From: Alphaproteobacteria bacterium
GTDB taxonomy: Bacteria; Pseudomonadota; Alphaproteobacteria; UBA7887
Assembly: GCA_965216755.1 (NCBI GenBank)
Contig: CBDCGL010000011.1
Location: 1,152,001 to 1,216,000, forward strand
Length of the DNA stretch: 64,000 bases
Direction of reading: 5' to 3'
The notes under the pieces: generated by a model
Seen by the model: the letters and a program-made list of their open reading frames with translations, nothing else
Database searches by the model: none
What the model was told of the DNA's origin: nothing
In this document: positions 10,201 through 19,827 of the stretch, one piece after another
Layout of the letters: each line of letters begins with the position of its first letter
Position numbering within the stretch: position 1 is the first letter of the stretch
Program-made: the position numbers and the translations under genes

Positions 10201-11586
10201 GCCAAATCGCCCTCCGAACACGCGACGATCTTCGCTATCAAGCGGCGGCAACGCGCGCGACGGCACCTCGATGTTGGCGGTTTCTCGTGGGCCGGCGCCT
10301 TGCGCCGCCGGCAGGCCTGTTGGCCCAGACGCCGCGGTGTTTTCGCCCTCGGCGGCCTTCTCGCTTGCGTGCGGGACAACGCTTAGCGCCGGCCGATCGG
10401 CAACCAGTCGTGGCGCGGTTTCCTCCGGTTCCTCCGGCACATCACGATCGACGGGCGTGATCGGAACGATGTTTGTCCCGCTTTGCGCGGACTTGCCCAT
10501 CACGCCGGCGCGGTCGGTTCGATCGACCGCGGCGGCCCGCTTGCCAGTGCGGTCGTCCCCGCGATTTGCGTCCTCCGGCCCATGATGCTTTGCTTTGCCT
10601 TCGACGACCGCGCGAACGGCTGCCATAACCTCGTCATCCGGGTTCGGCTTGGCGCTGTCCGCCGCGCTCGCCGCAACCCCGTCTGACGCGTCAGGCGGCC
10701 CAATGACGACAAATGGACCATCTTTCCAATGCTTTGGTGCCGCTTTGTCACGCTTTGCTTGCGCCAATATCCCCTTTATTTCGGGGTCGGCCACGGCCGC
10801 ATCGACAGCGCGGGCAAGGACAGTCCTTCGCCCCTCCTTTTTTGTTACGTCCAGCGCTCTATCGCAAACCGCGTTGATGACCCGCGGCACGCCCTTGGTA
10901 TGACGCGCAATCCGATTCAGCGCTGCGGGAACGAAAAGATCGTCATTGCGGCTGCCCGCAGAGCGCAACCGATTGGCAACATACGGACCAACGTCGTAGG
11001 GGGAAAATCGCGACAGCCCACAATGCAGAACCAGCTGGCCCTTTAGCGCCACAAGCCCAGGTTGGTCAAGCCGATCGGGAAACTCGAGCTCCGCAAACAG
11101 GACCACCTGCAAGACGGCGCTACCATCGATGGGATTCCTCGCCAACTCGCCCAACTTGGCCAGTACATCGTCTGAAAGCTTGTGTGCCTCATCGATAAGG
11201 ACCGCCGCCGTACGGCCAGTTTCGGCATGGCGAACCAGCGCGTCTGAGAGGGCTCGCATACGCCCGCTGGCGTCGCCTGGTGGTATGCGCAATCCGAGTT
11301 TCTCACCAAGGAGATCAACAAATTCGTCGAATTCGAATGTCGTGTGGCAGAACGTCGCCAGATCCACCGCACCGCCCAGATCGCGCATCAGTTTCATCAG
11401 CAAAGTTGTCTTGCCGACGCCTTGGCGGCCGACGATCAGAATTGACCCGCGACGCCCACAAATGCTGGCGATCACGCGTTCATAAGTCTTGCGGTACGAC
11501 GCGTTCGAATAGAACGACCCGCCGTCCGGCATCAGCCGGAACGGGCTTTCCGTGAAACCGAAATATTCGTTGTAATTGGCGCTCAT
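7267..11586 (-). CDS. ExeA/GspA-like AAA ATPase fused to TM helix, long coiled coil and C-terminal ankyrin repeats
   Basis: YNEYFGFTESPF start, Walker A GRQGVGKTT, Walker B VLIDEAH, GVPRVINAVCD; TM FGAALGIAAAISVIFGATYLVA; repeated G.T(A/P)LM.AA..GH..VV..LL..GA units. Confidence 0.85.
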   Translation of the reverse strand: MSANYNEYFGFTESPFRLMPDGGSFYSNASYRKTYERVIASICGRRGSILIVGRQGVGKTTLLMKLMRDLGGAVDLATFCHTTFEFDEFVDLLGEKLGLRIPPGDASGRMRALSDALVRHAETGRTAAVLIDEAHKLSDDVLAKLGELARNPIDGSAVLQVVLFAELEFPDRLDQPGLVALKGQLVLHCGLSRFSPYDVGPYVANRLRSAGSRNDDLFVPAALNRIARHTKGVPRVINAVCDRALDVTKKEGRRTVLARAVDAAVADPEIKGILAQAKRDKAAPKHWKDGPFVVIGPPDASDGVAASAADSAKPNPDDEVMAAVRAVVEGKAKHHGPEDANRGDDRTGKRAAAVDRTDRAGVMGKSAQSGTNIVPITPVDRDVPEEPEETAPRLVADRPALSVVPHASEKAAEGENTAASGPTGLPAAQGAGPRETANIEVPSRALPPLDSEDRRVFGGRFGAALGIAAAISVIFGATYLVAKPYWESRLADKVRAEIAESMAAVTEQRNGLRRQLASRNWEFDQLARRATKLENQVAALKDDVAVAGTAESGQRAQELNQQVSRLTANRDQLAAALDRASGERDSLISEVAIAETATEELRADYQEQIDSLTEKVTALETDLATANATGDRLEEELSASREGQESVLSDARSAYERARTDADELRGERDALSDERDALQTRVAELDQALEDATAARQGLATEAEARVQELETQIAALTEEAAGNAGRIADLEAEKEAREATDSEALSVAQSEVETLTAQLEEVSQERDGLVETMAGLETETAAAADALTRERDSLAAEVTTLTAEVETISVKLQDSENAATTEVSQLRETVGSLTDERDALSRQLADLTSESEATMQARLDALAKAEGDIEALKTEVEALEAERDKITEDLATAEAVRDEALSSVDALRAEDSTESEQLQNQLAELRDERERLTTTVDLQESRMDDLRVKVTALEIAGASAERESQNKIRSLETEITALEAQLEVLAPTGGAAASEISPSPEIAAAATAGSGDTSELPFGGDVTASADRDQPADVMAETVTRNATEPDADTDTEAQSPAEDETSPSLGAFGLNVANANETDDTESAADDVTSAADAAMNALLEAAANAERNATDRPTRDGGPQVTDIDDGDQAAEDDRGEAGGQQLVASGEALMEYARAGRRDAVLSVIDGGISANFRDQRGRTPLIYAAAQGHQGVVRALLERGAWIESQDSTRSTALIVAADSGHSDVVKALLNGGADTDASNEQGETALMLASWRGFTDIVQAMLANQAEANLKNVDGWSAIMYAAINGHTPVVRRLLAAGADINTVSRNGSTALAAAAWNGHSEIVEALLKWGADANVKDRTGGTALMHAAENNHPTVVQSLLRGGASVNAKTRDGWTALMKAAWNGNAPIVQELMSWGADTTVRSAGGDTALTVARRQGHGEVVALVEQATTQ

Positions 11587-11755
11587 CTTGCGCTGCAGCC
11601 TTTTTTTATTCTGCCTGTAGGCTGTCTTCGATCCGACCCAATCAGCCCGGCCATTTTGCTGGAAACGCCTCCAAAACTCAAACCTCGGCTATCTTTTGTT
11701 TGGTTTCATATTTGAAACTCGCGTCGCCAAGATTCGCATACTCTTGATCAGTTTT

Positions 11756-12346
11756 TCATTCGTGGCCTTTCTCCTCAATCCGCTCTATGACGACTTCGAC
11801 GCGGCGATTGCGTGCGCGGCCCTCCGGGTCATCGCGGCCATTCGGTTTGCGATTCGCCGCAATTGGCCGCGCCTCGCCAAATCCTGCCACAGTCAACCGT
11901 TTGGCGCCAACGCCGCGTTCGATCAAATATGATGCCACCGTCTGCGCGCGAGCCTCGGACAATCTGGCATTGTAGGAAGTTGTACCGATACTGTCGGTGT
12001 GTCCCTCGACAGCGACAGGCAAATGCCCAGCGGCGGCCCCGGTCAAAACGACGGCGAGTTCTTTCAATTTGCCTTCCGCGGCGTCCGTTAACACGAACTT
12101 GTCAAATCCGAAGAATATGTTGCGCAGATAGACGACGACGCCCCGGTCGGTCCGAGTCGCAGTCAAACCATATCGCTTGAACTCGTCGACAATCGCCTGC
12201 GAATCAAAGCCTTCAGTGACACTGCCGGGTGGGGTCTGACACCCGGAAGCGACCAGCAGCATCGCGCCCGCCGTCATCGTAATGACGAGGCGTCGAGCGT
12301 TACCGGACGGCCAATTTGGCCGATTTTTCAGGGAGTCATCAAGCAT
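11756..12346 (-). CDS. OmpA/Pal-family peptidoglycan-binding lipoprotein
   Basis: LVASGC lipobox, IFFGFDK, VEGHTDSIG, YNARLSEARA, GRARNRRVE. Confidence 0.92.
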   Translation of the reverse strand: MLDDSLKNRPNWPSGNARRLVITMTAGAMLLVASGCQTPPGSVTEGFDSQAIVDEFKRYGLTATRTDRGVVVYLRNIFFGFDKFVLTDAAEGKLKELAVVLTGAAAGHLPVAVEGHTDSIGTTSYNARLSEARAQTVASYLIERGVGAKRLTVAGFGEARPIAANRKPNGRDDPEGRARNRRVEVVIERIEEKGHE

Positions 12347-12699
12347 ACGGGATCCTCAAAAATCTCACGCACGCCGGTCAATTCAGTTCTTGACATCCAT
12401 GCCATCCATCATCGACCAAGCGGTTCGGACTGTCGTCTCCCGCACCCGACAAACCGACTCAAACGGTGGCAAAGATAAGTATTCATTGCGAAATCGCAAT
12501 AAAAAACTTTATGACATGTGTAAATACCGCGAGAATCAAGAACACGGGTTAAGTCAATGGCCAAATTAGCTGGTGACGTTCCTTAACACTTCCACGTATG
12601 TCTTCAGCGCGCTCCCGTTCACGCGTCCGTCCGGGCTATAACTATCTTACTTTGAAATATGAAAACTAACATATAAGTTATTGATCAAAAATGATTTTA

Positions 12700-13176
12700 T
12701 CATCCCGACTCCGTTTTCCTTCGGCTGACGGCGAATGGCAGCTTAACAAGCTCATACGCGATCAACGCCAAGACGATCCCACTGGCGGCATAGATCAGAC
12801 TTGCTGCATCAAGAGGCAACGCAGGCTGAAAACTCTCTAGCGTGGCCTTGGCGATGTCAGTGTCGACATGCGCGAAAAACTGAAACGGCCGATCAACAAG
12901 TCCGGCCTTCGCGATGGCATCGTGGCTTTCGTTGAGTTGTGTAACCCGGCGGTCGGCCGCAGAAACCAGCAAGGCCAGGGCATCCGGTCCGAGTTGTGCG
13001 TATAAATCGTCAGACACAATCTGCTCGTGGGTCCGGCGGGCCTCGTCCAGATGCCCCCCGAGTCTTTGAAGATACTGTTGAATAAAGGCAAAGAGCTGCG
13101 ACGCCGCGGCGCCGGCTAGAACAGCTAAACCGGTCCCCAACAGAGTATCCAGGCGGCGCATGAACCAGCGATGCAT
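12700..13176 (-). CDS. DUF2937-like membrane protein
   Basis: SQL.AFIQQYLQRLGGHLDEA pattern with N- and C-terminal hydrophobic helices. Confidence 0.7.
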   Translation of the reverse strand: MHRWFMRRLDTLLGTGLAVLAGAAASQLFAFIQQYLQRLGGHLDEARRTHEQIVSDDLYAQLGPDALALLVSAADRRVTQLNESHDAIAKAGLVDRPFQFFAHVDTDIAKATLESFQPALPLDAASLIYAASGIVLALIAYELVKLPFAVSRRKTESG

Positions 13177-13290
13177 ATGGTTGCCTTGCAAATCCTGCCA
13201 TTGATAAAGGATGATTTGTGGCAAAGTTCAATGGCTAATGTACCGAAGCTCGGTCCAAACCGAGCAGCGTTCGGACCGAAAACGACGCAT

Positions 13291-14238
13291 CTATGGCGGC
13301 CCGACGTCCGCGGCACAGCGAAATCCGACCATATCCAAACCGATATCCGGGGGGTTTCCATGGCGATATGCCGTCCGTAGACAATAGGGATTATTTCCCC
13401 AACCGCCGCCGCGCAGGACGACATGGCCGGGATGACCCGGAAAACCGCTCGATGTCCATTCCCATACGTTCCCCGCCATGTCGAGCAACCCGAACGGCGA
13501 CTGCCCGTCGGGATAGCTGCCAACCGGCGCGGTGCGCAAATAGCCGTCGGTCGGATCGGCCGCACAGCATGGCACTGTTCCGAAATTTGCTTTCGGATCA
13601 GACGTTTGGGTCGGTTCCGCGGACCCCCAAGGATAGCGTCGCCGATCCGTGCCGCGAGCACCAAATTCCCATTCCACTTCCGTGGGCAGGCGATAGCCAT
13701 AATGGGCGCAAAAGGCAGCGGCGTCGCGCGCAGAAATTTGTATGACCGGATGATCCCGCCTGCTGTGAATATGGTCAGCGGGTCCATGGGGGTGACGCCA
13801 ATTCGCATCACTGCTGGCCCGCCATGTCTTCCACCAGACGTGACCACTACTTTTTCGTTCGACGTCAGTCGTATAGCCGATTGTCTCGACGAACCGTTCG
13901 AATTGATCGTTGGTGACCTCGTGGCGCATGATTCGGAATGGCTGGACAGTTCTCAAACGCGGGGTTTCGTTCGGATTGCCGCGATCGTCACCCATAACGA
14001 ATTTACCACCGGGGACAAAGACCATGTTCAAGTCGATGGCGGTCGGACCAAGTTGGTCGGCCAGTGCCCCAGCCATCGGCGCAACAGCCCAGGTGAGGCA
14101 CGTGACGACGCGGCATGCGGTTTTTGAAATGCTTGCTGTAAACAAGCTTCGATAGACTCCATCGTCGCGCGCAACGAACACGTCGCGCCTGCACCGGATC
14201 GCCGCTAGAATATTGTGGCAATTCACCGGACTGAACAA
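13291..14238 (-). CDS. Formylglycine-generating enzyme (SUMF1/EgtB/PvdO) family protein; true start probably downstream
   Basis: VPGGKFVMG, HEVTNDQF, HPV..IS..DA.AFC, RLPTEVEWE, DMAGNVWEW, GFRC. Confidence 0.88.
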   Translation of the reverse strand: MFSPVNCHNILAAIRCRRDVFVARDDGVYRSLFTASISKTACRVVTCLTWAVAPMAGALADQLGPTAIDLNMVFVPGGKFVMGDDRGNPNETPRLRTVQPFRIMRHEVTNDQFERFVETIGYTTDVERKSSGHVWWKTWRASSDANWRHPHGPADHIHSRRDHPVIQISARDAAAFCAHYGYRLPTEVEWEFGARGTDRRRYPWGSAEPTQTSDPKANFGTVPCCAADPTDGYLRTAPVGSYPDGQSPFGLLDMAGNVWEWTSSGFPGHPGHVVLRGGGWGNNPYCLRTAYRHGNPPDIGLDMVGFRCAADVGPP

Positions 14239-14274
14239 TCAATGCCGCGGGCAAAATTGCAGCGGGAGGCCCCT

Positions 14275-15681
14275 ATGACCGACGACCTGTGCATGATGTC
14301 CGCGACCGATCTTTTGCAACGGTACCGTGACAAGACTTTATCGCCGGTCGACGTCACGCGCGCGGTTCTAGCGCGGATCGACCGCCTCAATTCCAATTAC
14401 AATGCTTTCGTGCTTGTCGATCCAGAGCGCGCGTTGGCCGACGCCGCGGCGTCCGAGGCGCGTTGGGCCGCCGGCCAACCGGCCGGTCTGATCGACGGTG
14501 TTCCGGCAACCATTAAAGATCTCATGTTGTCAAAGGGCTGGCCGACACGGCGTGGATCAAGAACGACCGATCCCGATGGCCCGTGGGACGAAGACACGCC
14601 GTGCGTGGCACGTATGCGCGACCATGGCGCCGTTTTCTTGGGCAAGACCACGACCCCGGAATTCGGCTGGAAAGGCGTCACCGACAGCCCGTTGACCGGC
14701 ACCACGCGAAATCCATGGAACCCCGAACGGACATCTGGCGGCAGCAGTGGTGGCGCAGCGGTTGCCGCGGCGCTCGGTTTCGGCGCGCTCCACGTCAGCT
14801 CCGACGGCGGCGGATCGATACGTATGCCTGGCGCGTTTTGCGGGGTGTTTGGCATCAAACCGACGTTTGGTGTTGTTCCGGCTTATCCGGCGAGCGTCAT
14901 GGGCACGTTGTCGCATCATGGGCCGACAGCGCGTACCGTCGCCGATGCCGCTTTGATGTTGACCGTGATAAGCGCGCCGGATGTCCGGGATTGGTACGCC
15001 GTTCCGCCTGCCATGGGCGATGTGCGCAACGACTTAGAGGGCGGAATCAAAGGTTTACGTATCGCCTATAGTCGAAACCTCGGCTATGCCCGGGTTGACA
15101 ACGAGGTCGGAGAGCGCGTCGATTCGGCAGTGGAAACACTGGCGGAACTGGGTGCCGATATTGACGAGATCGACCCCGGCTTTCCGTCGCCTGAATCACT
15201 GATGGAACGGATCTGGTGCGTCGGGTTGGCCGTGTTGGTGGATGGTATGTCGGAATCTCAGCGGGCACTAATGGATGCGCCGATCTTGGACCTGGCCGAA
15301 CGCGGACGTGCCATGAACGCACCCGATGGGCGCCGAAATGAACAGGAACGCGAAGCGCTCGGCGCGCATATGAGCCGGTTTCACGACGAATATGACCTCT
15401 TGATTACGCCGCAGCTGCCGCTTGTGGCGTTTGAAGCCGGACATGAAGTGCCACCGGGGCGCGAATTCGAACGCTGGTGGCATTGGTCGCCGTTTACCTA
15501 TCCGTTTAACCTCACACAGCAGCCAGCAGCGACAGTGCCATGTGGGTTAACGGCTTCCGGCCTACCGGCTGCGCTACAGATCGTCGGGCCGAAATTTGAC
15601 GATGCGAAGGTCCTGCGCGCAAGTCGTGCTTTTGAATCGGCCCGGCCTTTCCCGATGCCGCCCGCCGCGGAAGCGACGTGA
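14275..15681 (+). CDS. Amidase signature family protein
   Basis: GVPATIKD, GKTTTPEFG, SGGSSGG, SDGGGSIRMP; GGGAGG RBS before ATG 14275. Confidence 0.92.
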   Translation: MTDDLCMMSATDLLQRYRDKTLSPVDVTRAVLARIDRLNSNYNAFVLVDPERALADAAASEARWAAGQPAGLIDGVPATIKDLMLSKGWPTRRGSRTTDPDGPWDEDTPCVARMRDHGAVFLGKTTTPEFGWKGVTDSPLTGTTRNPWNPERTSGGSSGGAAVAAALGFGALHVSSDGGGSIRMPGAFCGVFGIKPTFGVVPAYPASVMGTLSHHGPTARTVADAALMLTVISAPDVRDWYAVPPAMGDVRNDLEGGIKGLRIAYSRNLGYARVDNEVGERVDSAVETLAELGADIDEIDPGFPSPESLMERIWCVGLAVLVDGMSESQRALMDAPILDLAERGRAMNAPDGRRNEQEREALGAHMSRFHDEYDLLITPQLPLVAFEAGHEVPPGREFERWWHWSPFTYPFNLTQQPAATVPCGLTASGLPAALQIVGPKFDDAKVLRASRAFESARPFPMPPAAEAT

Positions 15682-15724
15682 CGACGTGGTCAGTGGCAGA
15701 GCAGACGCAGGTCAACCAGTCGGA

Positions 15725-16027
15725 TCATGAGGCCATCGCGTCGGCGCTGGGGAAATCCGTATAACGGCAAGACAGTGACAAACGCGGTCGATTGGGCTGG
15801 CGTGGCACGCGCCGGCTGACCAACCGCGGCGCCCGACCGCCGACCCATTTGCGTTTCTCCAGATCGCAGATCAAGCGCTGGTCGACAACTTCACCCAGAT
15901 ACCGACCGTCATGGTCGTAAACGCGATTCTCATCAAACATGCCGACGCATTGACCGGAATGCGTGAATAAGTGCTTGTTGTTACGGTATCCGAAGAACTG
16001 GCCTCGCCAAGTCCACAACGGTGTCAT
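15725..16027 (-). CDS. Small hypothetical protein with repeated beta-hairpin units (beta-flower-like)
   Basis: LWTWRGQFFG / LFTHSGQCVG / VYDHDGRYLG repeats; GAGG RBS upstream. Confidence 0.6.
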   Translation of the reverse strand: MTPLWTWRGQFFGYRNNKHLFTHSGQCVGMFDENRVYDHDGRYLGEVVDQRLICDLEKRKWVGGRAPRLVSRRVPRQPNRPRLSLSCRYTDFPSADAMAS

Positions 16028-16367
16028 TCCTGCAACCTCACCTTGCCACTCTGACGGTTGTATATTCCACCTGAACTATCGTCTAACGCGTTGATGCAAA
16101 TAATATTTACTTATTTTCGATAAAATTAAAAATATTGCGATCTGGGCCGGTTGTCATGGTTCAAGCGAACCATGGCTGGGGCCGACGACGCCGAACGCGG
16201 TCGGCCGATATCGGCTGGGCGAGCCGACGGATGGCTCTACATCTCTTCACGAAATCGTGTCGCGACAGCGTGGGCTAAATCACAGCCCGCGCACCGACAG
16301 CGCGCGATCCTATTGTTGCGAAAGCCGCCGACATCGCCAATTGGGAACGTTGAGTGTGACAAATCAA

Positions 16368-16565
16368 ATGTTTATCGCTGCTCGCCAAACGAAAATCGCG
16401 CTATTTGCTGGATTTATCGCGCTGTCGCTGACGGCTTGTGCCGGCCACCCTGCATCGAAATTTGCAGCCTCGGGCCAATCACATTCGGCGACGACCGCGC
16501 ACCCCTATGTCGCGTCCGATGCGGCTGTCAGCAACCGCGATCGTTTCCCCGGCGTACCACGATAA
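16368..16565 (+). CDS. Putative small lipoprotein
   Basis: Basic N-terminus, hydrophobic IALFAGFIALSL, lipobox LTAC. Confidence 0.45.
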   Translation: MFIAARQTKIALFAGFIALSLTACAGHPASKFAASGQSHSATTAHPYVASDAAVSNRDRFPGVPR

Positions 16566-16781
16566 GCTCCTCGGCCCGTCATATCGGTCTGGATTCACGA
16601 ACCGTATTGGCGATAGTGCCGGATTAGATCGGCTGACACGTTCCTCCATTTGACGCATCGTGTTCATGGCCCACCTAGGGCGTTGAACGCACGTCGCCAT
16701 TCGGCGAAAGGCTATCCCCCACAACATCCGTTCCTGTAAAGTGACGCCGCTGCTTTCGCGGAACTACAATGGGATCGGTTT

Positions 16782-17771
16782 ATGCCCTTGGACGTCAAAG
16801 AGATTGACGCCATGGTTGGGGAACATAGCCGCTTTGTCGGCGAGCTCATGACCGCCATGGAATCAGTAATCGTCGGCCAGCGTTACATGTTGGAGCGGCT
16901 GCTCGTCGGATTGCTTGCAAACGGTCATGTGCTGTTAGAGGGATTGCCAGGATTGGCCAAGACCCTTGCTGTAACGACGCTGGCACAGGCCCTGCACGCA
17001 TCATATCAGCGCGTTCAGTTCACGCCCGACCTGTTGCCCGCGGACTTGGTCGGGACATTGATTTACCAGCCACAATCCGGCGATTTCAAAGTCCGAAAAG
17101 GGCCGATCTTCGCCAACTTGGTGCTGGCCGACGAGATCAATCGGGCACCAGCCAAGGTGCAAAGTGCCTTGCTCGAGGCAATGCAAGAGAAACAGGTCAC
17201 GATCGGCGACGACAGCTACCAACTGCCGCAGCCTTTCTTGGTCTTGGCGACCCAGAACCCGCTTGAGCTTGAAGGCACCTATCCGTTGCCCGAAGCGCAA
17301 GTGGATCGATTCATGCTCAAATTGACAGTCGACTACCCGAGCCGGGACGAAGAACTCGAGATCCTCGACCGCATGGCCAGCACCCAACCCATTGCCGACG
17401 TCGACGCCGTGGTGACGACGGACGCGATTGTTGCGGCGCGCGATGTTGTCGATCGCATCTATATCGATGATAAGATTAAGCAATATATCGTCGACATTGT
17501 TCTTGCCACGCGCAAGCCGAGCAATTTCGGGCTCGACGTCGACCCGTATGTCGACTTTGGTGCGTCGCCACGCGCGACGATCTACCTGGCACTCGCATCA
17601 AAAGCCTATGCGTTCCTTCAGGGACGTGGCTATGTCATTCCGCAAGACATCAAATCCATCGGCATGGATATTCTGCGCCATCGTGTCATCACCAGCTACG
17701 AGGCCGAAGCCGCGGACGTATCACCCACAGACTTGATCCAGCAAGTCTTTGATCACCTGCCGGTACCCTAG
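16782..17771 (+). CDS. moxR: MoxR-family AAA+ ATPase
   Basis: GHVLLEGLPGLAKT, QFTPDLLPAD, LADEINRAPAKVQSALLEAMQE, GTYPLPEAQVDRF. Confidence 0.95.
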   Translation: MPLDVKEIDAMVGEHSRFVGELMTAMESVIVGQRYMLERLLVGLLANGHVLLEGLPGLAKTLAVTTLAQALHASYQRVQFTPDLLPADLVGTLIYQPQSGDFKVRKGPIFANLVLADEINRAPAKVQSALLEAMQEKQVTIGDDSYQLPQPFLVLATQNPLELEGTYPLPEAQVDRFMLKLTVDYPSRDEELEILDRMASTQPIADVDAVVTTDAIVAARDVVDRIYIDDKIKQYIVDIVLATRKPSNFGLDVDPYVDFGASPRATIYLALASKAYAFLQGRGYVIPQDIKSIGMDILRHRVITSYEAEAADVSPTDLIQQVFDHLPVP

Positions 17772-17789
17772 GCGGCCCAGCGACAAACC

Positions 17790-18677
17790 ATGCTTTCGCC
17801 AGACGTTCTCAAACATGTGCGCCAAGTGCAATTGCGCACTCGGCGCCTCGTCGACGGTGTATTTGCAGGCGAGTATCACAGCGTCTTCAAGGGGCGCGGC
17901 ATGGAATTCGCCGAGGTTCGCGAATACACGCCGGGCGACGACGTGCGCACGATTGATTGGAACGTGACGGCGCGTATGGGGCACCCTTTCATCAAGAAAT
18001 ACATTGAGGAGCGAGAGCTGACAGTCATGTTGCTTGTCGATCGAAGTGCGTCGGCAAGTTTTGGCAGCACGTCTTATCTCAAAGACCAGATTGTTACCGA
18101 TTTGTGCGCCGTGCTTGCCATGAGCGCCATCAAAAACAATGACAAAGTCGGGCTTATCCTTTTTACGGACAGGATTGAGAAGTTTGTGCCACCGCAGAAA
18201 GGCCGCAATCGCGCGCTGCGCGTCATCCGCGATCTGCTCTACGCGACGCCCGAAAGTCGCGGTACCGACATCGGATTGGCCTTAGAGTATCTGCACAAGA
18301 TATGTCACCGCCGTTCGGTCGCTTTTTTGGTTTCGGATTTCCTGGCATCTGGATACGAAACGGCGCTGCGCATTGCGCACCAAAAGCATGACGTCATTCC
18401 GATCTGCATAAGCGACCGTCGCGAAATGTCCTTGCCAGCGGTCGGCTTGTTGCGGGTGCGCGATTTGGAGACCGGCGCAACGGTCGTTGTCGACACGGAC
18501 GACGCATCGACGCGTCACGATTTCGCGCGCCGCGCTGAAGCGCGACAAACGGAACGGCGCAAACTGTTCGGCACACTCGGCATGGACTCCGTTGAAGTGA
18601 TGACGCACGAGCCGCATTTCAGGGCGCTGATGCAGTTCTTTCGGATACGCGAGCGGCGTTTGGCGCAAGGACGCTAG
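17790..18677 (+). CDS. DUF58 domain protein (MoxR partner, MxaS-like)
   Basis: GEYHSVFKGRGMEFAEVREY.PGDDVRTIDWNVTAR. Confidence 0.92.
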   Translation: MLSPDVLKHVRQVQLRTRRLVDGVFAGEYHSVFKGRGMEFAEVREYTPGDDVRTIDWNVTARMGHPFIKKYIEERELTVMLLVDRSASASFGSTSYLKDQIVTDLCAVLAMSAIKNNDKVGLILFTDRIEKFVPPQKGRNRALRVIRDLLYATPESRGTDIGLALEYLHKICHRRSVAFLVSDFLASGYETALRIAHQKHDVIPICISDRREMSLPAVGLLRVRDLETGATVVVDTDDASTRHDFARRAEARQTERRKLFGTLGMDSVEVMTHEPHFRALMQFFRIRERRLAQGR

Positions 18678-18681
18678 GCAG

Positions 18682-19827
18682 TTGAAAAAGGGGCAAGAAG
18701 AAAGAGTTTCTGAAAGGCGTTCGCGGCGATGCGGCGGGACTATGGTGGCTGCATTCGGCTGTTTGGTCGGCGCCGTACTTGGATTGATCTCGACACCGCC
18801 AAGAGCAGAGGCACCAGCAGGCGCTGAACGGCTCGCTGATATCCGGCTGACGGTCGATGCGCCGAAAGCGCAGTTTGTCTTGACAGCAGACCGACAAACG
18901 ATGGGCGTTGCCGACCGCCTGCACATTGTTTTCTCCGTGACGTCGCCTGAGGAGACCATGATCACGTTCCCGTTTTTTCGGGAATCTCTCGGGCAATTTC
19001 GGATCGTCGAGGCGAAGGAAATTGGTCCTGAGATCAAGGAAGACGGCACACAGCTCGTTAAACACGACCTGATCTTAGAAACAGATGAAGTCGGCACACT
19101 GCAGATCCCATCGATGCTGCTAACGGTCCACGACCTTGCAAATGCGCCAGGAATAGCCTGTGTGTTAATGCATCAATGCCCGCGTTCGGCCAGACGCGCC
19201 GAATACACGGTTCCCGGTCAATTACGCACACCGGTGGTCGACATCGAAGTGACCTCGATTGTACCAGCGGCGGCCCTGGTTACCGAACCGCGCGACATCG
19301 CGGGACCAATTGCAATCGTGCCGCCACCACCGCCGGCGCCAAGTTCCGCACGTGGATGGATGGTGGCGGCGGCCGGCGCATTCGTGCTGCTAGCAACGGC
19401 AGTTTACTTTTGGATGCGGCGGCGTCCAAAGGCAAGCGCAATACCGACCAGCGACCACGCGGCGCACGATGTTGCACTGGCACTGTTGGCACAGCTTGAA
19501 AAGCGTGACCTCATCGGACAGCGGCAAATAGAAGCGTTTCATGTCGCTCTATCCGATATCTTGCGGCGCTACACCGATTGGCGTTTCGACTTGCGGGCAC
19601 CGTCACGAACGACGCAAGAGGCTTTGGCTGCGTTGTCGCATGTCGAAGGGTCTCCCGCCCAGGCGCAATCGCGACTCAGCGCGGTCTTGTCCGCCTGCGA
19701 TCAAGTCAAGTTTGCGCGTGACGAGCCGGACGCATCGGCGATGCACAAATTGTTTTCGCTTGCCAAGGGCTTTGTTACCGACACGGCAAACTCCGACGTG
19801 CTGGCGCCGCCGGCGGCACAACACTGA
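18682..19827 (+). CDS. Membrane-anchored hypothetical protein of MoxR/VWA operon (BatD/MxaA-like position)
   Basis: Signal-like N-terminus, Pro-rich linker, TM helix, C-terminal LSDILRRY...TTQE...CDQVKFA pattern; operon position. Confidence 0.7.
   Translation: MKKGQEERVSERRSRRCGGTMVAAFGCLVGAVLGLISTPPRAEAPAGAERLADIRLTVDAPKAQFVLTADRQTMGVADRLHIVFSVTSPEETMITFPFFRESLGQFRIVEAKEIGPEIKEDGTQLVKHDLILETDEVGTLQIPSMLLTVHDLANAPGIACVLMHQCPRSARRAEYTVPGQLRTPVVDIEVTSIVPAAALVTEPRDIAGPIAIVPPPPPAPSSARGWMVAAAGAFVLLATAVYFWMRRRPKASAIPTSDHAAHDVALALLAQLEKRDLIGQRQIEAFHVALSDILRRYTDWRFDLRAPSRTTQEALAALSHVEGSPAQAQSRLSAVLSACDQVKFARDEPDASAMHKLFSLAKGFVTDTANSDVLAPPAAQH

Noticed and set aside
16091-16104. FNR/FixK box TTGAT-N4-ATAAT
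   Set aside because: Two mismatches in the right half-site within an AT-rich tract; too weak
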